NCBI GenBank assembly: GCA_963784765.1
Contig: CAWASP010000021.1
Span: forward strand, 7,645 to 71,644
DNA from: an uncultured Thermoleophilia bacterium
GTDB taxonomy: Bacteria; Actinomycetota; Thermoleophilia; Gaiellales; Gaiellaceae
DNA length: 64,000 nucleotides
Direction: 5' to 3'
The position numbers and the translations under genes were made by a program. The notes under the pieces are model-generated. The model did no database searches and was not told the DNA's origin. It worked only from the letters and a program-made list of their open reading frames with translations. This document shows positions 18,612 to 29,885 of the stretch, in pieces. Each line of letters begins with the position of its first letter. Position 1 is the stretch's first letter.

Positions 18612-18921
18612 TCAGCTCGTGACGCTGGCGATCGGAGAGCCCGCCGACCGTCTTCGACTGGCTGATGCGGCACTGGTTCAGAAGACGCGCCGCCTTGACG
18701 CGTCCGAACTTCGGCACCGCCATCAACATGTCGAAGACCTTCGCGGTCGAGACGTACTCTGGCGGCTCGCCGAGGATCTGCTCGATCGACACGGCACCGG
18801 ACTTCAGGTCCTTCTTCAGCTGCGCACGCTTGACACGAATGTCGTTCGCCCGCTTCAGCGCCTCCATGCGCTGGTCAAGTGACCTGACCGGGGCTTGCAC
18901 CTGACTTTGCGGCGGCACCAT
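18586..18921 (-). CDS. mihF: integration host factor, actinobacterial type
   Basis: 111-aa ORF with an ATG start. The sequence RSLDQRMEALKRANDIRVKRAQLKKDLK...KVFDMLMAVPKFGRVKAARLL is mIHF-like. It lies directly upstream of gmk. Confidence 0.88.
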   Translation of the reverse strand: MVPPQSQVQAPVRSLDQRMEALKRANDIRVKRAQLKKDLKSGAVSIEQILGEPPEYVSTAKVFDMLMAVPKFGRVKAARLLNQCRISQSKTVGGLSDRQRHELIALFNHRS

Positions 18922-18974
18922 GAGCGCAGCATCCTACCAACCTGAGAGCGCCGTGCAAGGCCCTCGAACTGCAG

Positions 18975-19820
18975 CTAGTTTGCCGATCTGGCAACGGTTT
19001 CGAGCGCGACGCAGAACGCGTCCGACGCGTGAGAGAAGCCGAGCGACGATGCCTCGAGCGCGAGCTCGTCACGCACGCGCGCAGGCGCGTCAGGGTCGCC
19101 GAAGAGAATCGTCCCGAGCGCGACGTGCGTCGCACCGCATGCGATCAGCTCGAGCGCGTCGCGTCCGTTGCACACGCCGCCCATGCCGACGATCGGCAGC
19201 GACGTCGCACGACGCGCAGCGACGACCGCGGCGAGCGCCACCGGCTTCAGTGCCGGTCCCGAGTATCCGCCGAGAACACGCTCGAGCTTCGGTCGCAGGC
19301 TCGCGTCGAGCGCGACACCGCGGAGCGTGTTCACGAGGGTGAGGCCGTCGGCGCCGGCAGCCTCGACCGCACGCACGACCTCGCCCATGTCCCATGCATG
19401 CGGCGACAGCTTCGCGTAGAGCGGGAGCGTGGTCGACTCGCGGCACGCGGCGACGATCTCCGCGGCCGCCTCGGGCGCCTCGTCGATGTTCGGACAGCTC
19501 AGGTTGAGCTCGATCGTGACATCGTCGAGCGCGCCGCACGTCTCGGCGTACTCGTGAGCCGCGAAGCCGCCGACCGAGACCCAGAGCGGGATCCCGAGCC
19601 CCCGGAGACGGGGCAGGTGCTCGGCGAGGAACCGCTCCCGGCCAGGGTTTGCGAGGCCGATCGCGTTCAGCATCCCGTGCTCGGTCTCGGCGATCCGCGG
19701 CGGCCGGTTGCCCGGGCGCGGCTCGGGCGTCACCGTCTTCGTGACGAAGCCGTCGAGCCCCGAGGCGACGTCGGGCGCGGTCAGCGCGTCGAGGCAGCCG
19801 CTGGCGTTCAGGAGGAGCAC
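18975..19820 (-). CDS. pyrD: dihydroorotate dehydrogenase, class 1B catalytic subunit
   Basis: Start placed at GTG 19820, preceded by GGAGG. The sequences [10 protein letters not shown]..., NAIGLANPG, ELNLSCPN and GGYSGPALKPVAL are present. The rest of track ORF 18975..20324 is out-of-context junk overlapping pyrK. Confidence 0.9.
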   Translation of the reverse strand: MLLLNASGCLDALTAPDVASGLDGFVTKTVTPEPRPGNRPPRIAETEHGMLNAIGLANPGRERFLAEHLPRLRGLGIPLWVSVGGFAAHEYAETCGALDDVTIELNLSCPNIDEAPEAAAEIVAACRESTTLPLYAKLSPHAWDMGEVVRAVEAAGADGLTLVNTLRGVALDASLRPKLERVLGGYSGPALKPVALAAVVAARRATSLPIVGMGGVCNGRDALELIACGATHVALGTILFGDPDAPARVRDELALEASSLGFSHASDAFCVALETVARSAN

Positions 19821-20485
19821 GCGCCTCCGAGGACCGGGCCGTCGACACAGAGACGCCTGAGCTCGCCGTCGATCTCCACCACGCACCCGTAGCACGCGCC
19901 GTAGCCACACGCCATCGGCGCCTCCCAGGCGAGCTGCGCGTCCGGGGCGAGGGCGCGCACCGCCTCGAGCATCGGCTCCGGCCCGCACGCGAGCACGTCG
20001 CGACCGGTCGGCATGACCTCGGTCACGAGCACCGGGTCGACGACGACCTCGGCACCCGGCAGGAGCTCCGCGGCTGCGGCGTGCGCGGCGGAGCGGAAGC
20101 CGAGAACTGCCGGCGGACGCTCGAGCGCTTCCGAGAGGTACGGCAGCGGTGCGATCCCGATTCCGCCGCCGACGAGGAGCGGTCGCGCGACGTCGAGCCG
20201 GAAGCCGTTGCCGAGCGGGCCGAGCACATGGATCTCGTCGCCCGTCTCGAGCGCCGCGAGCGCGCGCGTGCCCGGGCCGATCGGATCGAGCAGGAAGCCG
20301 AGCTCGCCGCGTGGCGCGACGCACAGCGACATCGGGCGCGGCAGGACACGGCCCGGCGCCTCGAGCATGAAGAACTGCCCGGGAACGCCCGGGTCGAGGC
20401 CACCGCGAGCCAGGCGAACGAGGACGTACGGGCCGACCGCGTCGACGCCCGCGACTCTACGACGCTCGCGCCGCGGCTTCGGCAT
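19808..20485 (-). CDS. pyrK: dihydroorotate dehydrogenase electron-transfer subunit (FAD / 2Fe-2S)
   Basis: 225-aa ORF with an ATG start. It has an FNR-like fold ([14 protein letters not shown]) and the C-terminal Cys cluster [13 protein letters not shown]...LCVDGP. Confidence 0.88.
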   Translation of the reverse strand: MPKPRRERRRVAGVDAVGPYVLVRLARGGLDPGVPGQFFMLEAPGRVLPRPMSLCVAPRGELGFLLDPIGPGTRALAALETGDEIHVLGPLGNGFRLDVARPLLVGGGIGIAPLPYLSEALERPPAVLGFRSAAHAAAAELLPGAEVVVDPVLVTEVMPTGRDVLACGPEPMLEAVRALAPDAQLAWEAPMACGYGACYGCVVEIDGELRRLCVDGPVLGGACSS

Positions 20486-23408
20486 CCATCCGCTCCTGCA
20501 GGGACAGCGCGGTCTCGACCCGCGCGTTCGCGATCGCGTGCACGGCGGCCGTGGCCGCGGCGACCGTGGTGATGCACGGTACGCGGGCGGTGAGCGCCGA
20601 CTCGCGAATCAGGTACCCGTCCGTGCGCGGCTCCGGCCCGAGATCGGGCGTGTTGACGACGAGGTTGCAGCGTCCGCGGCGGATCAGGTCGACCACGCTC
20701 GGACCGTCGCCCGGCTCGCTGACCTTTCGCACGTCGTGCACCTCGAGGCCGGCTCCGCGCAGGGTCCTGGCGGTTCCCCCCGTCGCGTACAGCTGGAAGC
20801 CGAGCCCCGCGAAGGCGGCGGCGACGGGAATGACAGCGGCCTTGTCGTCGTCGCGCACCGAGAGGAACACGCTGCCGTCGCCGGGGAGACGACGCCCGGC
20901 GGCGCGCTCGGCCTTCGCGAACGCGGTCGGCAGGTCGCGCGCACTCGTCATCACCTCTCCGGTCGAGCGCATCTCCGGGCCGAGCACCGGGTCGGCGCCG
21001 GGGAAGCGGGCGAACGGCAGGACGGCCGCCTTGACGCTCACTTGCCGCGGCGGCCGTTCGGCGGGCAGCCCGAGCTCCGCGAGCCGCGCGCCCGCGACGA
21101 GCCGGCAGGCCGCGGCGATCAGGTTGACCCCGATCGCCTTCGACGCGAACGGCACGGTGCGCGATGCACGCGGGTTCACCTCGAGGACGAACACCTCGTC
21201 GTCGGCGACCGCGAGCTGGACGTTCAGGATGCCGGTGACGCCGAGGGCCGGCCCCAGCGTCCGCACGACCGTGTGGATGTGCGCGAGGGCCTCGGGCGTC
21301 AACGACTGCGCCGGGAGGACGCAGGCCGAGTCTCCGGAATGGACGCCCGCTTCCTCGACGTGCTGCATCACCGCGGCCACGTACGTGTCGGTTCCGTCGC
21401 AGAGGGCGTCGACGTCGATCTCGATCGCGCGCTCGAGGAACCGGTCGACGAGGGTCGGCCCCTGAACGCCGCGGAAGGCGCTCCGCACCTGGCCCGCGTC
21501 GTGGCAGACGCGCATCGCCCGCCCCCCCAGGACGTACGAGGGCCGGACGAGCACCGGGTAGCCGATGCGCTCGGCGATCTCGACCGCCGCCGTGCCGGAG
21601 TCCGCGATCCCCCACTCGGGACAGCGGATGCCGAGCTCGCGGAGGAGGCCCCCGAACCGCTCGCGGTCCTCCGCGAGGTCGACGGCCTCGAACGGCGTCC
21701 CGAGGATGCGGAAGCCGCCGGCCTCGATCGCGCGCGCGAGCTTGAGCGGTGTCTGGCCGCCGAACTGGATGACGACGCCTTCGGGGCGCTCCCGCTCGCA
21801 CACGGCGAGGACGGAGGCGGCATCGAGCGGCTCGAAGTAGAGCCGGTCGGAGGTGTCGTAGTCCGTGGAGACGGTCTCGGGGTTGCAGTTCACCATCACC
21901 GCCTCGTAGCCGAGCTCCCGGAACGTCTGCACGGCGTGGACGCAGCAGTAGTCGAACTCGATCCCCTGTCCGATGCGGTTCGGGCCGGAGCCGAGGATGA
22001 CCACGCGCGGGGCATCGCCGGCCGGGGGCGCCTCGTCGCACTCGCCCCAGGTCCCGTAGTAGTAGTTCGACGATGCCTCCACCTCGCCGGCGCAGGAGTC
22101 GATCCGCCGGTACACGGGCCGCTCTGCCAGCTGGCGCCGCTCCTCGGCGTCGACGCCCGCAAGCTCCCGGGCAAACCACGGGTGCAGCTCGTGCGGATGC
22201 CAGTCGAGCGGGCCTTCGAGCCCGCGCTTCGCCTTGACGAACGCCTCGATGAACGAGCGCCCGATGCCCATCGTCTCCCCCACCGACTTCATCTGCGTCC
22301 CGAGCACCCGGTCGGCACCGGGGAACTTCTCGAACGCGAAGCGCGGGATCTTCACGACGACGTAGTCGAGCGTCGGCTCGAAGCTGGCGGGGGTCGTTCG
22401 GGTGAGGTCGTTCGGGATCTCGTCGAGCGTGTAGCCGACCGCCAGCTTCGCGGCGACCTTCGCGATCGGGTAGCCGGTCGCCTTCGACGCGAGCGCCGAC
22501 GACCGCGAGACGCGGGGATTCATCTCGATCACACGGAGCTCACCGCTCGTGCGCTCACGGGCGAACTGGATGTTCGAGCCGCCGGTGTCCACGCCGACCG
22601 CACGGATCACGGCGATGGCGCTGTCCCGCAGCTCCTGGTACGCCTCGTCCGACAGCGTCATCTGAGGCGCGACGGTGATCGAGTCGCCGGTGTGGACGCC
22701 CATCGGGTCGAGGTTCTCGATCGAGCAGACGATCACGACGTTGTCGTTCCGGTCGCGTACGACCTCGAGCTCGAACTCGTCCCAGCCGCGCACAGACTCC
22801 TCGACGAGGACCTGGCTGATCGGCGATTCGGCGAGCCCCCGCTCGACCTGCCGCCGCAGGTCCGCGGCCGTGTCCGCGAAACCGCCCCCGTGGCCGCCGA
22901 GCGTGAATGCCGGGCGCACGACGGCGGGCAGCGCGACGCCGGCGAGATCGTCGAGCGACGTGACGATGCGCGAGGTGGGCACCTTCAGGCCGCACGACTC
23001 GACGGTCTCCTTGAACAGCTCGCGGTCCTCCGCACGCCGGATCGCGTCCATGTCGGCGCCGACGAGCTCGATCCCGAGCTCGCGCAGGATGCCGGCCTCG
23101 TGCAGCTCGCGCGCGACGTTCAGAGCGGTGCCCCCTCCCATGGTCGGAAGCAGCGCGTCGGGACGCTCCCGCTGCAGCACTCCGGCGACTCCGTCGAGGT
23201 CGAGCGGCTCGAGGTACGTGCGGTCGGCGAAGCCCGGGTCGGTCATGATCGTCGCCGGGTTGGAGTTGACGACGATCGTCCGGAAGCCGTCCTCACGCAA
23301 GACCTTCAGCGCCTGGCATCCGGCGTAGTCGAACTCGGCGGCCTGGCCGATCACGATCGGGCCGGAGCCGATCAGGCAGATCGAGTGCAGGTCTGCTCTC
23401 CGGGGCAT
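20457..23408 (-). CDS. carB: carbamoyl-phosphate synthase large subunit (short form, 983 aa)
   Basis: Start placed at ATG 23408 ([30 protein letters not shown]...). It has two ATP-grasp halves and a C-terminal MGS-like domain. ATGA overlap with the carA stop. Confidence 0.95.
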   Translation of the reverse strand: MPRRADLHSICLIGSGPIVIGQAAEFDYAGCQALKVLREDGFRTIVVNSNPATIMTDPGFADRTYLEPLDLDGVAGVLQRERPDALLPTMGGGTALNVARELHEAGILRELGIELVGADMDAIRRAEDRELFKETVESCGLKVPTSRIVTSLDDLAGVALPAVVRPAFTLGGHGGGFADTAADLRRQVERGLAESPISQVLVEESVRGWDEFELEVVRDRNDNVVIVCSIENLDPMGVHTGDSITVAPQMTLSDEAYQELRDSAIAVIRAVGVDTGGSNIQFARERTSGELRVIEMNPRVSRSSALASKATGYPIAKVAAKLAVGYTLDEIPNDLTRTTPASFEPTLDYVVVKIPRFAFEKFPGADRVLGTQMKSVGETMGIGRSFIEAFVKAKRGLEGPLDWHPHELHPWFARELAGVDAEERRQLAERPVYRRIDSCAGEVEASSNYYYGTWGECDEAPPAGDAPRVVILGSGPNRIGQGIEFDYCCVHAVQTFRELGYEAVMVNCNPETVSTDYDTSDRLYFEPLDAASVLAVCERERPEGVVIQFGGQTPLKLARAIEAGGFRILGTPFEAVDLAEDRERFGGLLRELGIRCPEWGIADSGTAAVEIAERIGYPVLVRPSYVLGGRAMRVCHDAGQVRSAFRGVQGPTLVDRFLERAIEIDVDALCDGTDTYVAAVMQHVEEAGVHSGDSACVLPAQSLTPEALAHIHTVVRTLGPALGVTGILNVQLAVADDEVFVLEVNPRASRTVPFASKAIGVNLIAAACRLVAGARLAELGLPAERPPRQVSVKAAVLPFARFPGADPVLGPEMRSTGEVMTSARDLPTAFAKAERAAGRRLPGDGSVFLSVRDDDKAAVIPVAAAFAGLGFQLYATGGTARTLRGAGLEVHDVRKVSEPGDGPSVVDLIRRGRCNLVVNTPDLGPEPRTDGYLIRESALTARVPCITTVAAATAAVHAIANARVETALSLQERMDAEAAARAS

Positions 23409-24451
23409 CAGGCCTCCGACCTCAGCTCGTCGACGAAGCCCGCGAGCAGCCCCGCGGCATCGTGCGGCCCCGGCGACGCCTCCGGATGAAACTGCGCCGA
23501 CCGCGCGCGTAGCTCGGGGAACGAGAGGCCCTCGACGGTGCCGTCGTAGAGCGAGCTGTGCGTGACACCGGCATCGTCTCCGGGCGACACTGCGAAGCCG
23601 TGGTTCTGCGAGGTGACGAGCACGCGCTGCGTCGAGCGCTCGAGCACCGGGTGGTTCGCACCGCGATGCCCGAACGGCAGCTTGAACGTCTCCTTGCCGG
23701 TTGCGAGGGCGAGCAGCTGGTGGCCGAGACAGACCCCGAGGACGGGCGTCCGCCCGAGGAGCTCCTGCACCATCCTCGCCTCGCCGCCGAGCGGCGCGGG
23801 GTCCCCGGGCCCGGGCGAGAGTACGACCCCGTCGTACCCGGCCAGCGTGTCCGCGTCGACGTCGTGAGGGAAGACGTCGACCGCTGCGCCGGCGGCCGCG
23901 GCACGCCGCAGGATCGAGCGTTTGCACCCGTAGTCGACGACGGCGACACGTACGTCGCCGTCCGCGGCGTACGTGTACGGCTCGTCCGTCGAGACGCCGG
24001 CCACGAGCGCGGCTCCCGCCATCTGGGGTTGGGCCTGCACGGCCGCGACGACCTCGTCCACCTCGACCTCGCCGACGACCGCGGCGGCCCGCATCGACCC
24101 CTCCTCCCGCAGGTGCAGGACGAGCGACCGCGTGTCGACGCCCGTCAGCGCGACGAGGCCGCGGTCGTGCAGCCAGTCCGTCCACGCCGGGCCGCGGGCG
24201 TCGCGCATCACGACCGCCTTCGCGTGCGCCCGACGGGACTCCGAACGCTCCTCGGCGACACCGTAGTTCCCGACCATCGGGGCGGTGAAGCACACGATCT
24301 GCCCTTCGAAGCTCGGATCGGTGGCGACCTCCTGGTAGCCGGTCATCGACGTCGTAAAGACCGCCTCGCCGAACGCAAAGCCCTCGGCTCCGACGGACTC
24401 GCCGGCGAAGACCGCACCGTCCTCGAGGATCAGCGCGCCGGGCGTCGTCAT
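23408..24451 (-). CDS. carA: carbamoyl-phosphate synthase small (glutaminase) subunit
   Basis: 347 codons from ATG 24451 ([12 protein letters not shown]...). GATase motifs [10 protein letters not shown] and QFHPEA are present. Confidence 0.95.
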   Translation of the reverse strand: MTTPGALILEDGAVFAGESVGAEGFAFGEAVFTTSMTGYQEVATDPSFEGQIVCFTAPMVGNYGVAEERSESRRAHAKAVVMRDARGPAWTDWLHDRGLVALTGVDTRSLVLHLREEGSMRAAAVVGEVEVDEVVAAVQAQPQMAGAALVAGVSTDEPYTYAADGDVRVAVVDYGCKRSILRRAAAAGAAVDVFPHDVDADTLAGYDGVVLSPGPGDPAPLGGEARMVQELLGRTPVLGVCLGHQLLALATGKETFKLPFGHRGANHPVLERSTQRVLVTSQNHGFAVSPGDDAGVTHSSLYDGTVEGLSFPELRARSAQFHPEASPGPHDAAGLLAGFVDELRSEA

Positions 24452-25746
24452 GCGGCGAACGCCACGCGCCCGGCGGCGACGGTGAAGATCACGCGGCCCT
24501 TGAGCCGCTTGCCGAGGAGCCAGGAGTTGAGCGAGCGGGAGCGAAGCTTCGTCGGCTTCACGCGCCAGGTCGCGTCGAGGTCGATCAGCGTCACGTTGGC
24601 AGGAGCGCCGACGGCGATCCGCGGCCGTTCCAGGCCGAAGATCGCGGCGGGGCCCGCCGACATGCGGGCGATCACGGTCTCGAGCGGCAGCACACCCGGC
24701 TCGACCAGGTAGGTGTTGAGCGCGGCGAAGGCGGTCTCGAGCCCGAGCACCCCGAACGGCGCCGCCTCGAACGGCGCGTCCTTCTCCTCCGGCGCGTGCG
24801 GCGCGTGGTCGGTCGCGATCGCGGCGATCGTCCCGTCCCGAACCGCATCGATCAGAGCGGCTCGATCGGCGTCGCTCCGGAGCGGCGGGCTCATCTTCAG
24901 GTTGGCGTCGAGCGTCCTGATCGCCTCGTCCGTGAGGCACAGGTGGTGCGGTGTCACCTCGGCCGTGACCGGCGCACCGGCGGCGTGGCCGCGGCGAAGG
25001 TGCTCGACCGACTCGCGGGCCGAAAGGTGCATCAGGTGCACCGGCCGGCCCGTGTCCGCTGCGAGGTCGACGTCGCGGGCCACCATGAGGCTCTCGCCCA
25101 GCGACGGCCATCCGCCGATGCCGAGCTCCGCGGCGACCGCGCCGGCGTGGGCGTGGCCGCCGCGCGTGAGCGTCGGCTCCTCGCAGTGAACCGCGATCGG
25201 AAGGCCGGTGACGGCGTTGTACTGGAGCGCGCGCCGCATCACGCCGGCACCCGCGACAGGGCGCCCGTCGTCGCTGAAGGCCGCCGCGCCGGCGTCGGCG
25301 AGCGCACCGAGCTCGGCGAGCTCCTCGCCCGCCTGGCCCTTCGTGAGCGCCGCCATGAATCCGACGGGAACGTTCGCCTCGCGCCCGGCCCGCTCGCGGA
25401 GGCCGCGCAGGAGCTCCGGGTCGTCGACGACGGGATCCGTGTTCGGCACGGCGAGGATGGCGCAGTAACCGCCCGCGGCGGCGGCGGCGGTGCCGCTCTC
25501 GATCGTCTCCTCGTCCTCGCGACCGGGCGTCCGCAGATGGACGTGCGGGTCGATGAACGCGGGGACGAGCGTCCGGCCCTCGGCCTCGACGACGCGGTGC
25601 TCGTTGGTGTCGAGCCGCTCGCCGATCCCGGCGATCACGCCGTCGTCGATGCGGACGTCGACCGTCGCCTCGATGCCTTCGATCGGGTCGAGCACCCGGG
25701 CGTGCCGGATGACGACGTTGTCGGTGCCCAGCTGTCCGTCGAGCAT
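24448..25746 (-). CDS. pyrC: dihydroorotase
   Basis: 432 codons from ATG 25746 (MLDGQLG...). Metal-binding motifs [10 protein letters not shown] and ATDHAPH are present. ATGA overlaps at both ends. Confidence 0.93.
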   Translation of the reverse strand: MLDGQLGTDNVVIRHARVLDPIEGIEATVDVRIDDGVIAGIGERLDTNEHRVVEAEGRTLVPAFIDPHVHLRTPGREDEETIESGTAAAAAGGYCAILAVPNTDPVVDDPELLRGLRERAGREANVPVGFMAALTKGQAGEELAELGALADAGAAAFSDDGRPVAGAGVMRRALQYNAVTGLPIAVHCEEPTLTRGGHAHAGAVAAELGIGGWPSLGESLMVARDVDLAADTGRPVHLMHLSARESVEHLRRGHAAGAPVTAEVTPHHLCLTDEAIRTLDANLKMSPPLRSDADRAALIDAVRDGTIAAIATDHAPHAPEEKDAPFEAAPFGVLGLETAFAALNTYLVEPGVLPLETVIARMSAGPAAIFGLERPRIAVGAPANVTLIDLDATWRVKPTKLRSRSLNSWLLGKRLKGRVIFTVAAGRVAFAA

Positions 25747-26715
25747 CACGCCACCCCCACTGCTGTGTCGACCGCGACCGGATGGCCGGCGGTCAGAAGG
25801 TCGTAGAGAACCGCCATCCGCACGACGAGCCCGGCGCGGACCTGGTCGACGACGAGCGCGACATCGGAGTCGGCGACGCGCGCGTCGATCTCGATGCCGC
25901 GGTTCATCGGGCCCGGGTGCATGACGATCTGGCCGTCGCGCAGCCGCTCCGGGGTGATCCCCCAGCGAGCGGTGTACTCGCGAAGCGACGGGATGAAGTT
26001 CGCGCCGGCGGCGATGCGCTCCCGTTGCATGCGGAGCACGTACACGACGTCGGCCGAGCCGATGTCGCCGATGTCGTGCGACGCCGGGGCGAGCCCGGCC
26101 GGCAGCAGAGCCGGGGGACCCACGAGGACGACGTCGGCGCCCATCAGCCGCAGCCCCTGGACGAGGGAGCGTGCGACACGAGAGTGCGCGACGTCGCCGA
26201 CGATCGCAACGTGCACCCCCTCGAGCCGGCCGAGCGACTCGCGCATCGTGTACAGGTCGAGGAGCGCCTGGGTGGGATGCTGGTGCTTGCCGTCGCCCGC
26301 GTTCACGACGCACGCACGGGTGAGGCGGGCGACGAACGCCGGAGACCCGGCCTCGGGATGGCGGAGCACGATCACGTCCGGGTCGTAGGCCGAGAGCGTT
26401 AGCGCCGTGTCCTTCAGGGACTCGCCCTTGTCCACCGACGAGCCGGCCGACCGCAAGGTCAGCGTGTCGGCCGACAGCCGCTTCGCGGCGAGCTCGAAGG
26501 ACGACGAGGTGCGCGTCGACGACTCGTAGAACACGTTCAGGACGAGCCGTCCGCGCAACGTCGGCAGCTTCTTCGTCTCCCGCTCCTGGGAGGTCGCGAA
26601 CGAGCGGGCGGTTGCGAGCAGCCGCTCGACGTCGTCCCGGTCGAGGTCGGCCATCGTCCGCAGGTGGCGCCGTTTCTGCGAGGGCGGCAGCAGCTCGCCC
26701 CCGACGATGCGCAGG

Positions 26716-26723
<8 letters not shown>
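25746..26723 (-). CDS. pyrB: aspartate carbamoyltransferase catalytic subunit (Bacillus/actinobacterial type)
   Basis: 325 codons from ATG 26723, preceded by GGAGGCAGGAG. Motifs STRTSSSFE, HQHPTQAL and HPGPMNRG are present. Confidence 0.93.
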
Positions 26724-27306
<583 letters not shown>

Positions 27307-27312
27307 CGGACT

Positions 27313-27343
27313 CCTTTCCGGCCTCGCTGGACCGAGTTAAAGG
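27313..27343 (-). promoter_or_regulatory. PyrR-binding RNA hairpin overlapping the pyrR Shine-Dalgarno sequence
   Basis: The minus-strand leader reads CCUUUAACUCGGUCCAGCGAGGCCGGAAAGGAGUCCGAUG. GUCCAGCGAGGC matches the PyrR binding-loop consensus (A/G)UCCAGAGAGGC. The CCUUU / AAAGG stem sequesters the AAAGGAG SD. Confidence 0.7.
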
Positions 27344-27371
27344 CAGTTGTGCGCCAGCAGCATAGGCGATC

Positions 27372-28601
27372 GTGCCGGACGGAGTAGTCTCGGGCCCCGT
27401 GGATGCGCAGCAGCTCGAGGCATACGCGCGGCTGATCGTCGACTTCGGGGCGAACGTGCAGCCCGGCCAGGAGGTGCTCGTCATCGCCGCGCCGGAGGCG
27501 GCGCCGCTCGTCCGGGCGGTCGCACGCGCGTGTTACCGGCGCGGCGCACTGTTCGTCGATCCGTGGTACTTCGACGCGCAGGTCAAGCGCGTGCGTGCGG
27601 AGCGGGCCGATCCCGAGACGCTCGAGCTCGTGCCCTCGTGGTATCCGAGCCGGCTGCTCGAGCTGTCCGAGGCGCACGGGTGCCGCATCTCGATCGTCCC
27701 GAGCGTCCCGCCGGGGCTGATGGACGGCCTTGATCCGGCGCTCGCCGGCCGCGACCAGCTACCGATGCTCGCCGAGAACTTCGACGTCATCAACGCCAAG
27801 ACGACGAACTGGCTGGTCGTGCCGTGGGCCACCCCGGCCTGGGCGCGGGTCGTGCACCCCGGGCTGGCGCCGGAGGAGGCGACGGCACGCCTGGAGGAGC
27901 AGCTTCGCTTCGTCCTTCGCCTCGACACGGACGATCCCGAGACGGCGTGGCGCGAGCGGCTCGGCGCATTGCACGACGTCGCGCAGGCGATCGACGCGCA
28001 CCGCTTCGACACGCTCCACCTCGAGGGGCCCGGGACAGACCTCACGGTCGGCCTTCTCCCCACGTCCCGGTTCGCGGAGGATCAGGTCGGGACCGCCACC
28101 GTCGACGGCGTGATCCACCACCCGAACCTCCCGACCGAGGAGATCTTCACCACACCCGATCCCGAGCGGACGGAGGGAGTCGTCACCGCGACGCGGCCGC
28201 TCGACGTCTCCGGCACGGTCGTCCGGGGGCTTCGCGTCCGGTTCGAGCGCGGGAGCGTGGTCGAGATCGACGCGGCCGACGGGGCCGAGGCGCTGCAAGC
28301 GCGCTGCGCGAAGGACGCCGGCGCCTCCCGTCTCGGCGAGGTGGCGCTCGTCGACCGTGAGGGCCTGATCGGCCGAACCGGAGCGACCTTCTTCAACACC
28401 CTCCTCGACGAGAACGCCGCCAGCCATCTCGCGCTCGGCAACGGCTACGCAACGGCGGTCGGGGAAGAGGACCGTGCGCGCGTCAACACGAGCGCCATCC
28501 ACGTCGACTTCATGGTCGGAGGCGACGAGGTCTCGGTGACCGGGATCACCCGGTCGGGGTCGCGCGTCGACGTCCTACGCGGCGGCGTCTGGCAGCTCTG
28601 A
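27372..28601 (+). CDS. aminopeptidase, M29 (AmpS/PepS) family
   Basis: 409-aa ORF with a GTG start. YARLIVDFGANVQPGQEV... and the C-terminal HLALGNGY...IHVDFM motifs are typical of thermophilic-metalloprotease M29. Confidence 0.85.
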   Translation: MPDGVVSGPVDAQQLEAYARLIVDFGANVQPGQEVLVIAAPEAAPLVRAVARACYRRGALFVDPWYFDAQVKRVRAERADPETLELVPSWYPSRLLELSEAHGCRISIVPSVPPGLMDGLDPALAGRDQLPMLAENFDVINAKTTNWLVVPWATPAWARVVHPGLAPEEATARLEEQLRFVLRLDTDDPETAWRERLGALHDVAQAIDAHRFDTLHLEGPGTDLTVGLLPTSRFAEDQVGTATVDGVIHHPNLPTEEIFTTPDPERTEGVVTATRPLDVSGTVVRGLRVRFERGSVVEIDAADGAEALQARCAKDAGASRLGEVALVDREGLIGRTGATFFNTLLDENAASHLALGNGYATAVGEEDRARVNTSAIHVDFMVGGDEVSVTGITRSGSRVDVLRGGVWQL

Positions 28602-29582
28602 CCCGACCGATTCCTCCGTGCGGGCCCCGCGCGGCGGCCGGGCGGCCCTGCGCAGGAGCCGCGGCTCGCCGCGCTCGGGGAACGGCACGTCGATCACGTC
28701 GAAATCCCTCGGAGCGACCGTGGCGGGGAAGATCGCCCGCGCCTCCTCGGCGAGCTCCGGCCCGGCGTAGCGCGGCGAGAGGTGGGTCAGCGCGAGCAGC
28801 CGCACGTGCGCGTCGCGGGCGACCTGGGCCGCCTGCGCAGCGGTCGAGTGCAGCGTCTCGGCGGCGCGCTCTCGCTCCTCCTCCGAGAAGGTCGCCTCGT
28901 GCACGAGCACGTCGGCGCGCTCGGCGAGCACGCGCACCGCCTCGGCGGGCGCGGTGTCGCCGGTGAGGACGACGCGCCGCCCCGCACGCGCCGCGCCGAG
29001 CACGGCATCCGGCGTGAGCACACGGCCGTCGGCGAGCGTGATCGACTCCCCGCGCTGGAGCGCGCCCCGCTCCGGCCCGTGCGGGATGCCGAGCGCATCG
29101 GCCGCCTCGGCGTCGAACTGCCCCGGCCGCTCGTCCTCGACGAGCGCGTAACCCACGGCGGAGACGCCGTGGTGCACCGGCAGGACGAGCAGGCGGTAGC
29201 CGTCGCGCTGGAGGGTCTCGCCCGCGCGGACCTCCTGGAGCGTGACGGGGTAGGTGAGACGCCCGATCAACCTGCCGAGCGTGGCGAACAGGTCGCGCAG
29301 GCCGGGCGGCCCGTAGACGGTCAGCGGCTCCTCGCGCTGGCGGAGCCCGAATGTCTTCAGCATGCCGGGCAGGCCCAGGTAGTGGTCTGCGTGAAAGTGC
29401 GTGAGGAAGATCTCCTCCAGGTCCGGTAGGCCGAGAGTCGAGCGGAGCAGCTGGCGCTGGGTCCCCTCGCCGCAGTCGACGAGCAGGCGGTCCCCGCCCC
29501 TGCGGATGAGCGTGGCCATCGGGGCGCGACCCGCCGTCGGCGCGCTCGCAGCCGTGCCCAGAAAGACGATGTCGAGGTCCAC
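28575..29582 (-). CDS. rnz: ribonuclease Z (metallo-beta-lactamase fold)
   Basis: 335-aa ORF. The sequences VFLGTAASAPT and LTHFHADHYLGLPG (HxHxDH) are present. Confidence 0.85.
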   Translation of the reverse strand: MDLDIVFLGTAASAPTAGRAPMATLIRRGGDRLLVDCGEGTQRQLLRSTLGLPDLEEIFLTHFHADHYLGLPGMLKTFGLRQREEPLTVYGPPGLRDLFATLGRLIGRLTYPVTLQEVRAGETLQRDGYRLLVLPVHHGVSAVGYALVEDERPGQFDAEAADALGIPHGPERGALQRGESITLADGRVLTPDAVLGAARAGRRVVLTGDTAPAEAVRVLAERADVLVHEATFSEEERERAAETLHSTAAQAAQVARDAHVRLLALTHLSPRYAGPELAEEARAIFPATVAPRDFDVIDVPFPERGEPRLLRRAARPPRGARTEESVGSELPDAAA

Positions 29583-29636
29583 GGGGGCCGATTGTCGCAG
29601 CGGCGGACGACACGCTCCCGGTCATCGATCAGCGAC

Positions 29637-29876
29637 CTACGGCAGAACGAGCTTCTGCCCGACCGTGATGTCTGCGCCGCTCAGGTGGTTCGCCCGCTCG
29701 ATCTGCCAGACGGCTTGCCCGACGTTTCCCGCGTAGTGCCGCTCGGCGATCGCCCAGAGCGTGTCGTACGCCTGGACCGTCACGACCTGCTTCGCGCCGT
29801 GCGCCTGCGACGAGCGGGCCGCGGCGCTCCACACGAGGACGGCGAGCCCGATGATGACGAGAATCCTGACGAACAT
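29637..29876 (-). CDS. small membrane-anchored LysM-domain protein (YneA/ChiZ-like SOS-inducible candidate)
   Basis: 79-aa ORF with an ATG start. It has an N-terminal TM (FVRILVIIGLAVLVW) and a C-terminal LysM (VTVQAYDTLWAIAERHY...ITVGQKLVLP). It is preceded by two LexA boxes. Confidence 0.85.
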   Translation of the reverse strand: MFVRILVIIGLAVLVWSAAARSSQAHGAKQVVTVQAYDTLWAIAERHYAGNVGQAVWQIERANHLSGADITVGQKLVLP

Positions 29877-29883
29877 GTGTTCG
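29870..29883 (-). promoter_or_regulatory. LexA (Cheo/SOS) box 1, overlapping the LysM gene start codon
   Basis: CGAACATGTGTTCG is a perfect CGAAC-N4-GTTCG palindrome. Confidence 0.75.
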
Positions 29884-29885
29884 CC

